Positions 35,313-50,116 are shown, numbered from the stretch's first letter. The stretch is 64,000 bases of DNA from Azolla caroliniana (GCA_043228905.1 JBHGNT010000011.1:21762001-21826000); one strand, 5' to 3'. Notes: generated by a model not told the origin, from the letters alone. Numbers and translations are program-made.

Positions 35313-37767
35313 ATGGAGGAGTGGAGAAGCAATGACGTGGTCAATATTCACAATGACCAAGGTGGGCATTGTGTTAGAGAACTCATTGATGAACATGACA
35401 AGGAGGCGGTAGACAAGGTGAAGGAGGTTCGAATGATCCTTGCACGTTGCAATGTGTGCACCACGGTAAATAATAGTCTAGTGAGGTAGCCACCACATTC
35501 TCATTGGGTTATGCAATTAGTGTTTGAATTAGAAGGTGCAAAGTTGGGAAGAATGAAGTAAAGAGGGCCAAATTATGATAATTTAGTTCTAATTTGGTCT
35601 CATGAAATTTGTCACAAAAGGTTGGAGGGAATATGATCAAGTTATTGTTTCTCAGTGGCATCAGCATGTAATGATAATGGGATAGACACTAGGTAGTGCC
35701 AGAATGAAGTATGTATATTCATTGAATTTTGATTCTAGGGTATGGATGATGCATCACTAAGGAGGTTCTTGCGAGCAAGAGCCATGGATGTGAAGGAGGC
35801 TGCTAAGATGGTGGCAGATGATGTGGCGTGGCGGGCGGATGTGGTGCCATCGCGCGGTTATGTGCTCGAGACGGAGATCGAAAGTGAGCTAAATGTAGAG
35901 AAGGCCTATTTGCAAGGTGTCTCTAAAGGAGGCCACCCAATCATTCTCATTCTTGCTCATAGACATTTCCCCAACAAGAGACACCCCCTCCATTTCAAAC
36001 GTAAATAAAATTACCCCTTTTTCTGTGTGTGTGTGTGTGTGTGTGTCTATCTCTCTCATTGAATGTAACGTCTACTTATAGGCAAACAACCATTTTTAAT
36101 TATTCTTAATGTTTTTCAGGCTTTGTGGTGTACACCCTTGATAAAGCTATAACAAGGTACGTTTATGCTAATTTATATGCCAATCCCACATATTGTTCTG
36201 AAAGAGCTAATATTGTCCAACCATAAAGTCATCAATGAAAAGCTCCAAAATATCTGTACAAGGTCAATTTTCATATATTGCCACAAAAGAAGATTCACCA
36301 AGTAGAATCAATGCTATCAAACACTTACATAAATGCTAAACAGGGGTTCTTTGGTTCTTGATTGAGTATGAAATTATACATGTGTGAAAGGAATTAGATT
36401 TATATATGTTTTGTTTTTGACACCCATGTTATGTTTGTATTGATGGTGAACCTCAACGAGTTCTTTGTAGTGCTCCAATGGGAATAGAGAAATGCTTAGT
36501 AATTGTGGATATCAAAGGTGTGGGATACAAGAACATGGATTTGAAGGGTATGCTTTTAGGTCTCCAAGTCTTACAGGTAACAACCATTCCTTAACCAAAA
36601 ATAAAATGCACCTTTTTGCCTATCCCAATTCTGTGGCTTGCCTCTTATGCGGACAAGAACATTTCAAAATTGTTAATATGTAGAAAATGCACCCATTTCC
36701 TATCTAATTTGTCTGCATTCACTATTTTAAATTATGCTTATTGTATGTAAAGAATGTGAAAGAGGACTTTAAACCCTTCCTCTTGTATGGTGTCTCCCTT
36801 ATTGTGCTCATGTCTTGTATTTCATACTTGTATATATAGATATTCGTTATTATATAGTCTTCAAGGCAAACTCATGGCCTTCCAACTTATTGTTTAAATG
36901 AACAGAATCATTATCCAGAAAGGCTTGAAAAACTCTATTTTGTGAACGTGTCTACTTTGTGGATCGCATTTTGGAAATATGCTAGTCACCTTGTGGATAA
37001 AGTGACTCTAGAAAAGGTATATCCTCATTTGTGTGTGCACATAAATTGAAAACGATGAAATTTGATTAGGAGGCACACATTAGTAAACACCATATGTGAT
37101 AAAGTTTAATTATTTATGAATAGTGAGCACACACATTCCGATTCATCAAACGCAGAGGACAGGTAAAGTAGAAGTGAATATACAAATTATATAAGGCAAA
37201 ATGAATGTTAAACACTAAATAAGTTATAATTATGCGTGCACCAACACATTAATTGACATGACACCTACATATACATAAATGGAAATCAAACCCATCATTT
37301 TTACTTCATGGTGGACATTGAATATACCTTCTCCTTACAAAGACATGCTAAGAGATACAAAAACTTTCATTAAAGTCAAGGAAATGTAGAGTAGAAGCAT
37401 GTAATACAAATTGCATAAATAGTACATTAATCAGGCGTGATGCAAAATACATATACATAAATACAAAGCAACCTGTGCTTCATTTTAACCCTGAATTTCA
37501 CATTTTCAATGAACATGCTATTTTTTATTAAGACATGCCAGAGATAAAAAAAAAACTTAGAAACAAATGCTAAAAACAGCAAATAGCATGATATTGATAT
37601 TCATTCATGTTGTTCTTTATGTTGTGTAGGTCAAATTCTTACCGAGTTCCAACACTATGCCTCTTCTTCAAGATGTGGATGAAGATGTTCTCCCCACTCC
37701 ATATGGGGGGAGAGCCGAAATGATCCTTATCCAAGACGCACATGTACCATCTTGGCCACCCACGTAG
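35313..37767 (+). CDS. SEC14-like / CRAL-TRIO domain phosphatidylinositol transfer protein (~268 aa, 6 exons)
   Basis: Exons 35313-35465, 35739-36000, 36120-36156, 36471-36576, 36906-37016, 37630-37767, all GT-AG and in phase. Motifs DDASLRRFLRAR, IVDIKGVGYKNMD, LQNHYPERL, LPTPYGG. Confidence 0.92.
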
Positions 37768-40341
37768 TAAACATCTAGTGACTAGATTTTCTCAGAGGCC
37801 CTTTCCTATTTATGAATTCAGGTAGTCACATTTACAATTATCTCATTTTATTTCCCATGTGCATTGCCTTACTAGCAAGCTTAATATGACCCAGTTAAAC
37901 TCATAAAGAAATGGTGAAATAATAACATACATGTTTTTTGCTATTACATAGAATGTACAACCCATATGATTCAAGTATGCATAATCTTGACAGGAAACAT
38001 GGCTAAAATTACATTTGTTAAGGAGGCAAAATATATATCCAAATACACAGTTGATCCATGCGTATGAGGTTTAGGGTCATTAAGTAGTTCTGCCATTTTT
38101 ATGTGAGTATTGGAATTATTGTAATGATTATATTAGTTTTTAGTAACCATGTCATGTAAGGATCATTTGTATCTTTATGTGTTTTAATTTGATGGCTATG
38201 TCAGTGACTCCTAGTTTATTGTGCATGCCCAAAAGGAAGTAATCGAAACAAACAAGGAATGCTTTTTTTTCTTTTTTCTTCCTTTCACTTTCATGTGGCA
38301 CATTTTCTGAACGGAAATCACTTATGTCCATCTTAATAATACCTTAGTTTTGAAACCTTTTCAATAGGCCGGCTATCTCATGATTGAGAAGATCAATAAA
38401 AGCTAGTTTACAAACCCTTGTGAAGCTTGACTTGCAAGTATGAACTCCGTTTACAAGTGAGATGTGATCCACAATACCTGGGAGAAGAAGCGATGAAGTT
38501 ATTAATTTGCTAATTGATTTGACATAAATAACATCATCATAGCATATGAAAATTGTATTTTTTGCAACCAGTTTAAATGTTAATTTTCATGGAATTCACA
38601 ATTGTTTTCATGTACAATCTGAGTTTATGTAGGGAAATTAGCGTATAAAGTTTTAATAATTACGATTAAAGGGGAAACAAATTGGGATGAAAAGGACACT
38701 TTAAGTCCCTAGTTTCATCATTGCATTGGGAGATGTGGATTGGTGATGGAACACAAAACAGGGCAACGAAAGCTAATAATGTGCAACCACCAACCTCTTG
38801 ATGTGCAAAGTAATCATAATTATCTCAATTTGATGTAACACGTTCAATTGGCTGGCTAGGTTTCAACGATGCAACTCATTACAAGATGCATCTTAGTGGT
38901 GGAAGAGTGACGTCATTGTAAGTTCTGCATAATCAATGAAATCTAATAATGTGAACCACCCAAGTCATGTGCAAACTAATTATAATTATCACTATTTGAT
39001 TGAGAAAAAAACTTGGCTGGTAGGTTTTGATGACGCAACCCATTACAAGATCCATATTAGTGGTGGAAGAGAGTTGACCTTGTAGATTTGCATTCCCAAT
39101 TGTTCATAATTAACGAAGGTGTTTGGTTGAAGGGCCATTTTGGTTGGTTTCAAATTGGTCACCATATCTTGAATGGTTTGTGTTCGTGCTGATGTACAAT
39201 AGTCCTCAATGATGTTAGGCATGATTTTATACAATGCCCAAGTGCAAGGACTACTCAAGAAGTAACCATTTCCAAGGTTCGAATTTTAATTATTGACCCA
39301 CATTGATGATCTTTTCTCAATACTGTCAGAATTTCCAACAATGAAGTTGTTAAATTAGTGCTGGAAACTCTGGCATTTATTAATTTGCCAAAGTCTAGCA
39401 CTATTTCTCTAATCAAAACTGTTGAAAATGCTTTGCACTTGTGGACATGTCAATACTTGAGAAAGGTTTTGACCAGAGCAGAAGTGCCGGAAGTTCTAAC
39501 ACTTCTGCCCAGAAAAACAAAAAGATTGACCTGGCAGTTTTTGATGGGTTTCAACCTTTCTTGTATTATGGTTTTCACCATAACCTTCATATCAAGAGGA
39601 AGATTGTGCAATGCTAAACCCAATCCTAACCCAAACCTGTATGATCCCTTTACATGCATGAATCATTTTTGTACTATTGATTTGGAATAGTGATAATTAT
39701 AGCTCATACATGTGATGTGATGTGTGTTGTACTGTACTTTGACAAGCCCAAGATCCAGTCTCCGTTTGAAACCCTAAAAGTTGCTGCTCATCGGTTGTTG
39801 CATTATTTAATCTGGATAGAAGTTGTGCACTCAGATACATGGCAAAGGCAAGACTGTTTTTGCTTGGTTCAGATTCATGTGCAGCTGTTACTGGTCTAAT
39901 TTCATGCTCTGTTAGCCTTTTCACCAGAAAATCTCTCATAGCAGTCCTTGTGTTGAACCGGTTTGGGAATGCATTCACAACTTGGGGGGGCATAGAAGAG
40001 AAAAGCTTTGCCAAAAGCATAATACAACGATCTACCTCGGTACACTTTGTGAATTAATAGGTCTTTGCAAATACTTCACCCATTAGCACCTCATGGCCTC
40101 TGCCTGCAAAATGGAAAAGAAATAATGTGTTTGTGACTGCCACAGAAACATGTTTCAGTAGCATCTTGTTGTGAACGCGGTTAATCGTGTCCATAGTCAC
40201 TTTTCCAAACTTATACAACTTGGTGAGATGAAGACCATAAATGTTTGTGAGATGATGAAAGCTTGGTGAGTCCCAGCTATAGGTTTGTAGACATTAAAAC
40301 AGTACAGCACACAGAAGCGAGGTCCTTATCCCTAACAGCAC

Positions 40342-43300
40342 TCAGAGGAGATGGTTGGTAGCAGATTCAATGGCTTTTCCCACACCCTCATGGTGCTCCT
40401 GATCCATAAACACAACCCTCTCTGAATCTGGATATCCATAACGTTCTGCTGGGGTTGAGTTTGAAACTGAACTGTACTTATCGATTGTGCAAGTGGCGGA
40501 GTTGAAGATGTGGCTGATGACTGATGCACTGGCAACATTTTAGTGGATAATGCTCTTCATTGTTATGGTATATGGTAGTGATTAGCTCAATTTGAGCATA
40601 CATTACATTTAACATATACAACTCTATAGAAATTTCGAGTGGCCATGAAATTTTGAATATATGTGGTCTTTTGAATTCTGCATATGCAAATGGAACAAGA
40701 ATAAATGGCATCAATTTCTTCAAGCTATATTATATATGTGATACCTGAAATTTACAAATTTTGTTATCTTTGATATATGTGAATCTCTGGAATTAATTTA
40801 CAAAAGGCTTGTTGCAATGTTTAGGCTAGTTTTGGTTTTTCTAGGCAATACCGAAAGCCAACATGACTGCAAGCTGCCAGAAGGCTTGTGAAGATCACGT
40901 CATTGGGTTTTAAGCCTTGCACTTGTAAGGTTTGCAGGCATTTTTCTACCACTTTGTAAGTTGCCATGTTGAGCATATCCAGCAACCAAAGCACCCCATG
41001 AAACCAAGTCTTTATCAGGTAATTTCTCCAATACTTTTTTGCCTCTTTTACGCTCCCAAACTTTGCATATGTATCAAGAAGGGTGGTTGCTTCGTTTTAT
41101 CCTCACCAATGTTTGCTCCACCTATGCAAAGAATGAGCTTGAATATTTAAATAAACTCCAATGGCTAATATAACTTCAATCAATTGAAATGAGCACACAA
41201 GGAGGCTAAGTTAGATACACATTCAATCACTGACGGTTCTGGCCGTTCTAACCCATAGGTGCAAAACATCAAACCCTCTGTTCCTCTCTGTCTCTCTCTG
41301 TTCCTCGAGAAAGAGCAGATTCATTGCACTGATCATTCATATCAAAATATTAAACTTGATTTACATCTGGCAACAAAAACCATGGGTAACACTGCCTGCT
41401 AGATAATGCAGAGCTCCTATGGCTGAGCCCCATTTACTTTGACTAATACAATCAACATTGTTTTTGACGGAAAATAATACCTCAAAGGGGGCCCAATGAT
41501 CAGGAAATTTGATTTTCCTCCATCAGTAAGTGGTATATACACAGGTGTAGCGCCTTCGGGTGCCAAAGTATAAGACATATAATCTTTTTCATGGAAGAAA
41601 AACTACACAAATACCACCTGCTACATGACGATCATTTTTTTGCCACTGACAGAAACTAAACAGGTAAAACACCACGCTACTCCTCTCTCTTTCTTCTCCC
41701 TTTAGCCTATAACGTTGTAACAGACACAAACAAATATGACTAATCTAATTCCATAATATTTTTTACGATTACATACAGTGAACCGGGTTAGAAAATTTAT
41801 CAATCGGGTTAGAAATTGTATTGGCCTGAGTTAGAACTCGGACGTGACAGAGGCTAGTCAGAGCCAGGTTCGAAATTTTATTCAGCCAGGTTAGATGTGA
41901 GACAGGCTGGACAGAGCTGTGGGTTAGATATGAGCATGCTCTTTTTGTGGATAATGATATGATGGTGTAGATCGCATGCACCCTTCGAAATGTGCCCTGC
42001 ACATCAAACTTGGTATCTATGCTTAAGTTGTCGATTCACACAGTGTGATCCTGCGCTTGTATGGAGTTGTGGACAGTTGTGCTAACGAAAGCTTATGTTT
42101 AGTATAATTGAACGTGAAGGGATATATATTTGTTCGTTCACAAAAACTAATAATATTCTATAACCAAACATGGCCCACTACTTGTAACTGTTTTATAACT
42201 ATACTTGCAAAATGCAATTGATACTTGCACAAAAGTCTAGAGTTTCCATGATACAATACATATTTTGATCCTATTCTATGACATGTTCTATAAGTAGATT
42301 CTATTTTGTATTGCAATAAACAAAGATTTAGATGTAACTCAATCCTTGATCCAGATTATAGTGTCATTTATCTAATGTCTCTGCTGTGCAATGATCGATG
42401 ATACTTTTAGATTCAGTATTAACAAGTTCCGGAACCTCATTGAGAATCCGGCGCATCGTGCTACATGACATCTTGTCACTTAATTTTAGAGGATATGCTG
42501 ACCGCAGAAGCTCTGATCTACTTTGCGAAGCTACAGAAATCTCCACTGTTCTCCCTTCCTTCCGTTTCTCAAATCCAGATTGCATCTTTATTAACTCCCA
42601 AATGGCAAACTCGTTACCCGACATTGCTAACTTCCACTTCCCGGGATCAGGAAGCAAGGAACCCATCTCATACCTAGATGGCATCTCGAAACATTCTATT
42701 GTTATTTCTTAAGAAGCCAACAAAACATTTTAGCAAAGAAACTTTGGAAAAGACCATTACAAAAAGATTTTAATCAAACACTAGTAAAGATCTCAATGGA
42801 ACAGTCCTGTAAAACAAAGTTACTCGAATCTCTAGTAAAACACAGTTAATCAAATTACCTTGATCCAATTTTAACCATCAACCTATTATCGATGTTAGCA
42901 ACATATAAATCTGCCTCAGCTGCTTCGATGGTGATCTTGCTCATCGCATTTATACTAGTTCTCTTTCTCAACCTTATCAAGTCACTGATTTTCTTTTGAA
43001 TGCCCCATGAGAAGAAATGATCATAGAACTAAACGAACCCATCCAGTTTTCCGATTAATCAGATATATACATTATTCATACAGCTAATACCATAAAGATG
43101 AATAGACAAATGAGGTATATAAACTTTTAACTCACAACACATGGAATGCCAGGGTGAGTTAGGATGTAAACATATCCTAGAAGGACTTTATCATCAGGGA
43201 AATTCCAATGCCTTTGGGTTGATCCAGTATCATGATTGTCTATGAATGTCACTGCTCTCTGAGGGTACCATCCTGCATAACAGTCTTTAATTGTAAAAAC

Positions 43301-46300
43301 AAAAACAAATTTTATGCGGGCTACCTAAAAGGTAGCACCAAGCAAAAAAAGAGATTTTGTAAGCCGTGCTTAAAGTATATAACATTGAGCAAGCCAGAAA
43401 AATGAACAACTGCTAAAAGAAGGATAGCATTTAGCTGTATATACAACCCAAAAAAACTTTGTTTGAACAAAAGTACATTCCATTGGAACAAAAGGAAAAA
43501 ATTTGCCGGGCAAAAGATTGTATAAGAAAAATAGCGGTTGAAAAAGAAACCTATCAATCCTGGCGGTTTTCCTTGTGAATCCTTTAGGCGCCAAAGCTGA
43601 CCACCAACTGCAGCTTGCAGGATTCCTTTTGTTGTGAAATCAAACGCACATATCATCCCACCAGTTCCATCAATCCAATCGCAAAGCACTTGACGATGCG
43701 CATCTAACATTATGCATAAAAAACGAGTGCATTGTAGCATTGAAACACATAAATGTATGAAATTCGTTTCAATGATATCTGGATGCTTCATACAGGAATT
43801 TAAATTAACAGAGTTGGTGTTAAGTGTTATCTCAAAGAAAACCACAGAACTTTTGGTGGCATTCTCTGTAAAAAGGGCTCTTGTAAAAATCACATGCATT
43901 AGATTTGCCTTCAACAAGCTTCAAATATACAATTTGCATAATAAACTTTTCACGATGTCATTATGCCTTATCTTATAATTTATTATTCCAGAAATTTACT
44001 GTAGATTTATTTATAAGCTGTTGTTATTCACTTCTTGTTTTATAACATACGTGTCTGAGTTGAGATGTGCCATATTAATAGACATTATGTATAAGCAGAT
44101 TTCTCCCACATTAGAGAACTTACTTTGATCATAAGCAACAGTACCATTCTCATACTTCATACTTGTCCAAAGCTCCCCTACTGAAAAGGTCGGATCAGTC
44201 CGTTCACAGTATCTGTAAAATTTTATTTGTTTACAAATCAATTTTAAGGAATCAATGCAGAACAAGATTTATATGGCTTCAGTGATCTTCATTCGATCCG
44301 ATGTAGACCCTTTCCAATTTCTTGGTGTTAAGAGATTACCGTAGAGAAAACTAGTATCAGGCTTCCTATTTCTTTCTCTCTTATCAGCATACACCCTAAT
44401 GTCTATAGCCATTAGGAATTCAATAGATAGACAAATTGATCTCATATATTATGTTTATTTCTCATTTTCTCACACACATATATTATGAGTTTAGATGCTA
44501 TGTGGTACACAAAAATAAGTAGATTTCTCCCAGACGAGAAATTTTTTTCCCCCAAATGTACATCCCATAAGCATTATGTTTGATAGAAGTGTACTTACAA
44601 TTTCGCAAATTCTGCTGCATATCCTTTAACAAAATCAAATCTCCAGCCATCAAATCCAACATCAGCCTTCATCCAGTTCATCCAATCGGAAAGTTCATCT
44701 TGGACTCGTTTATTGGTATGGTCAAGATCAGGAGCCGCCTCATAGCTTTCGCCTGTATCATGATGCCCTTCCCCACCACCATCATAAGAATCATCATCTA
44801 CAACTGCCCAAGGCCCCCAATCAAGCCTCTCATCTTCTGTTCCTCCCTCAAACAAATTCCAATGCCCTCTTGAATCTTGCCTCCATGCACTCCGATGGTT
44901 AATGACAATGTCCGCAATGCAGCAAATCCCACTTACATGCAGAAGATCAATCAGATCCTCTAATTGCTCTTTTGTACCATACTTTGAGTCATCTAAATCG
45001 TAGAGCTGACTTGGTAAATAACCTGTCATTAAAACAAGAGGACAGCAAAAACATAACCTTACCTGCTGTAAGCTGCTGACCTACATAATAAAACAGCGCT
45101 ATACTTCATGCCATATGCATTTAACAATAAGGTAACTCGAAGTTTATTTCAACTATGGATGTATTTGAGCCTGGAGAACAATAAAAATTATGCAATAATT
45201 ACAAAGACTTCATGGAGTTTAAAGAAAACCTCCCACGTATGCATTTGTACACAATGACATACATACAGCCATTGTAGAAATGCAAGATGATTGCCAATCC
45301 ATCCTTGATCGCAATGGGTAATGGTTAAGTAATCTATATTTCCATTAATGACAAAATCATGTTTCAAATTTTCAGTATTTTATTGAATAAGAGAGAAAAT
45401 TACCATTAGCGTCCACTGATTGTGATGGTGGAGGTAGCCAGACATCCGTAATGCCAGCAAGTGAAATTTCCTCTACCTGATCACGGAGAATATGATACCA
45501 AGGGTATTTCTTGGGTGATTCCCAATTAAAACCCTGTGGGAAATACTCACAACACAAAGTCATGCATAAGTTTATTAAAGGTATGCATAGAAAGCACAAA
45601 TAAAAACTGGTAAAACACTAAATTGTATAGATGCAAATAAAAATGGTGAAGACCCTAATTGAGTAGGATGGAAATAACATTTGTAAAGAAAACCTAAATT
45701 CAACGGCCCACTTTTGAAGATAGTATAGATAGCAGTTGAATGCAGGTGACTAAAGCAACCAAGAATACAGTTAACCATCCCAAAAAACATACATACATAT
45801 ATATGCACATAAAAACAGAAACAAATAACCCCAATTTGAATGTTAAGTTCCCATAACACATCTAGATCGGGATCTAGGGTTAGGGGATAATATTGAACCA
45901 TGCAGACATATAATTAATCATTCATAAAACAGAAACACCAGAGTTTGAACCATAACGAATGCCAGAGATAACCTAATGCAAGGGCATGCAAATACACCAT
46001 AAGTAACCTTGATAAAGTTGCAAAAACCCTGAATGAATGATCGAGGTCTATGCAGAGTGAACATTAAGTCAAACATGAATATAATTAAACATTCATAAAA
46101 TATAATTAAATCAAGCATGAATATAATTAAATACACAATCAGCTAGGCCAACATAAAACGGCAAAAAAAACCCTAATTGGGTGTGAGATAAAAGTAAACC
46201 CTAAACAAGACAGCAAAAAAACCCTAAAATTGGATGGAACATGCAAATGCAACATATTTCCCTAGTCAAAATGAGAACAATTGCAATGGAAATCCTGATA

Positions 46301-47888
46301 AAATGGACAAACAAAAACTACATTACAGTGTTCTGACCGGGGAAAAATACCCCAAAAATCAGATGGGATGGAAACCAACAAAAACCCTGAGTAATTGGGG
46401 AATGCACGAAATGCAAAATAAAACCAATGAGAAAAACCTTCGTCTAACGGAGCATGCAAGAAATACTATATAACTAATCTGGTCTAAAATCTAAATGTAA
46501 AAACCATAATCAAATGGGAATGGACATGCAAAATAAAATTCAACCCATTCAGCATAGAACAAAAAACAATGGAAAATGGGAGCATGCAAAAAATATACTA
46601 TAACAATTTGGAACAAAATCAAAATGGTGCCCAAAAACCCCTCAAATCGAAGCACACAAATATTACATAACTAATCTCGAAAAAAATTAAAACTGTGACT
46701 AAACTCTAATCAAACAGAGCACGCAAAAATTACAATAAAACTAACCTAGAACAACATAAGGATGATAGAGCTCTAGCAAACCCGAATAAAATGAATATGC
46801 AAATATGCAAATGATAAAAACTTGAATGACTCGTATCAGAGTCGAAACCATGGGGAAAACCTCACCAAATAGACATGCACAAACTCAATAAAAACGATGA
46901 AAAATCACTAATCAAAGACAACGGCTAAAAATAACTTGCAAAAATCCAGATGACTGCTGGAAAACTAACATATCGGATGGAACATGCAAAAGCATTCACT
47001 GTAAGAATAAAATCAAATTGGAAGGAAAGTCCTAAATTTGTTAAACCAATGAAATGCACATTCAAATATGTAACTAGCCTTTCAAAACCCTAATCAAATA
47101 GACATACAACAGAGGATACATATGAATTCTTACAGAGATCTCTAATAAACAGGGAATGCAAACTCTAATACAAATATATACTAGCTTCAAAAATACCTAA
47201 TAGGTAGGACATACACGAAATACAATAGAATCAGATACGAAAAAACCTGCAAATCAGTACACATATACAGCTCCAGTGAACGTCGAATCAAATGAAATAC
47301 AAAACAAAATTCAAATACATAACTAGCTTTGGAAAATCCTAATCAAAATGGACATGCAAAACAAAATACAGATGGTATTAGCATCGGTAAACAGTAATCA
47401 AATGGGCATGCAAAAAATAGATACAATTAGCTTCAGCAGACCCTTATGAAATAGACATGCATAAAAGAAGATACTTCAGTATATATAACGAGCTTCCAGA
47501 AAACCCTTTTTATCAGTCCAAATGCAAAACAGCAACAATTACAAGAAAAATCCAGAATTACCTGTAGCAGAAGGTGATCCGAGAGGGGTGGAGGGGAGGG
47601 TCTTCCAGGGCGAACCCGAGCGCCATGAATCTCCGTGATTCCAAACATATTCTGGCGACCATCGGGGGCTTCGGACTTCTGGATCCATTTCTTGGAGAAC
47701 AGATCAATTTTCGCAGGCGCCGATGCCGGAGAAGTTTGATGTGCGCATATTTGGGAAGAAGAACGACAATTGCTATGTTTTAGTACATGATAGAAAGGGG
47801 GGGTGGTGGCAAATATCCGATTAGGGCTGCTTGTGGCAGGAGCAGGAGCAGGAGCAGGAGAAGGAGTGAAACTAGACAAGCGATCCAT
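40342..47888 (-). CDS. AMY: Alpha-amylase (GH13) with transit-peptide-like N-terminus and putative C-terminal extension
   Basis: Exons 47562-47888, 45404-45533, 44599-45022, 44124-44212, 43551-43703, 43136-43272, 42859-43028, then either 42364-42673 (579 aa) or 42436-42673, 41481-41602, 40342-40528 (658 aa). Motifs [39 protein letters not shown]. Confidence 0.9.
46140..47520. repeat. Degenerate minisatellite-like intron sequence
   Basis: Recurrent AAACCCTAAT...CAAA...(G)ACATGCAAA...AACTAGCTT modules in amylase intron 1. Confidence 0.55.
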
Positions 47889-48041
47889 GAAGTGGGTTTT
47901 GAATTAGAGGAGTAGTGAAGAAGGGCATGGTGATGATGGTGGTGGTGGTTACCTCCCGATGGCTGGCCCCTTTCTTATTATTCAGTCTCTGTCTGTTTTA
48001 GCGTGTGTATTAGTAGTAGTAATTTAGTAGTACATAGTTCC

Positions 48042-48094
48042 TCATACATACATACATACATACATACATACATACATACATACATACATACATA
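48042..48094. repeat. (CATA)n microsatellite just upstream of the amylase gene
   Basis: Perfect tetranucleotide run. Confidence 0.9.
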
Positions 48095-50116
48095 GAACAG
48101 GGTTGATGTACCCCCGGTCTTCGACTTTCATGTTTAGAGAAGAGACATATTCTTCGACTTTCATGTTGTATGATCCATACACGATATATTTTTACTTGTA
48201 AAGAGATCCATACTAGTTTATTTATATTCATAAGGGACCTATACATACGATTTCTGGGACGGATTCGCTCGGGAGATTTATACATATTTACCTATGGGAA
48301 TATACAGTTCAACCTTGGGTGAGAATCAAACTTACTTCTTTTTATTTGATGGTGTAAACCATGAGCCAATCACTGAAGAGATTGGACGCGGAAAAAAGAA
48401 AAACATTCAACGAATGAACACGTTCGCCCAATTTGATCACATACTTGTTCATGTTTGTGTAGTTTTATCGATTTGATGACCGCAAGCTTTTGGTTCATTT
48501 GGAATCCAAACTAGAAATTTATCCACATTGGCTTGACATATATTCATTGGTTGATCTAGAGAAATGTTGAGATACCAAGTTCAAGTATCCAATGAGTGTG
48601 GGATTCCACATAAAATTGTGTCGATTATCCAAGTCAAAATTGGTTGATTCCTAAAACCCGATATATTATCTCTCATTCAATATAAGCCCTTCTTGGCCAT
48701 GTTATTGTTTACTTAGTAGATGTGGATATTAATGCATCGAACTCAAGGTCACATTGGTAATAGAATCTTGATATTCCAATGCATCTTGTTGAAGTTCAAT
48801 TCTGCAAAAATTTACAGTCTAGTGCAATTATTGCATTGGCAGAAAAAGGATATTGGATAGTGCCCACCCTAGTTCACACAAAGAAGTGATCCGTCTAGTT
48901 AGAATATTATATTCGATTAGATATATTTACATTTCAACTAGAACTGATGGTAGTGGTTCTAGTTTACGCTAAACAATGGCCCGTTAAAGGACACCAAAGA
49001 CAGGGTAGGGACAAGATCTCAATGGCAATGTAGGAGTTGTGGTTGCTATTGAGGATATGGGCGACACCGTGACACTTATAAGAGAATGTGGGGTGGCGAT
49101 CATTCGACATAATTTGGTGGAAGTGAATGGCATCGATCCATTATGCTTGGCTTCTACCATATAAGTTGCATATAATTGTCATCACCACGTAAGGAAGGTT
49201 TCCCCCATTGAGAAGAAGCCAAGGAAGTCTAACTCCTATGAGGGGAGGGGAGGGAGCTTATAGAATACATGCTCCTCCTAAGTCATGAGGATGACCAAGG
49301 AGCTCGACTAAAAGCTAGCAAAATTATAAAGGTAAGGTACTATACAAAGCTTCTTCTATATGCGTAAACAAGTCAAACCATTTGTCTGCGGTGGTTTATA
49401 TAAATAAACCAATGCCTTGAAACAATGTGAATATCAATGCCACCAAACTCATGGATGCAAATATATGATACATTTGAAAAGACCGGTGGAAGTGTCCAAA
49501 TGGCATAATGACAAACCATGACTATGGATTGATCAGTAAGAACTCTATCTATGGTTGAAAAAGATCCTATGTCAAAAGAATCAGGTATACACACACATAT
49601 ACAAGAGGAGGAGGAGGATGGTGGGCCACTAAAATGATCAATATACATAGATTTGTCCATTCATGGGGCCATTCATTGGTCAATCAATGACCCAAGCCTC
49701 TTTCTTCATGACCTTGTTTCACAATGTTTGTTAGAAGACAACAAAAAAGTTTGTACGCATACAACTTTTGTGTATATAGAATTATATATCCATAAAGTCA
49801 TGATCCTCTGATATTTGGCATTACATGAAACCTCTGAATTAATCAGATGCCAAACATTCGAAGGATGGTTGTACATATATATATACATATACATATCTTT
49901 TTAAGGTCCCCTAGTAGAAAGAACCCTGGGAGACCGATTGGGATCTATATAATATATATATATATATATATATAATGGATGAGAACTAAGGGCCGGGCCA
50001 GATCCCACACGTATTGGGAGAAGATCTGATGAACTTGGATTCTCTCAAAATTTAAGACTTTGATGATGCTAGGTTGTATTAATGTGATGGTATGTATATT
50101 GTTTCTGTTTAGGCTA

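Noticed and set aside
38772-39085. ~170-bp diverged tandem duplication
   Set aside because: Ordinary intergenic duplication with no sign of function.
41780-41930. Several GGGTTAG-like motifs
   Set aside because: Dispersed rather than a telomeric array; no TIR or TSD pair found to define an element.
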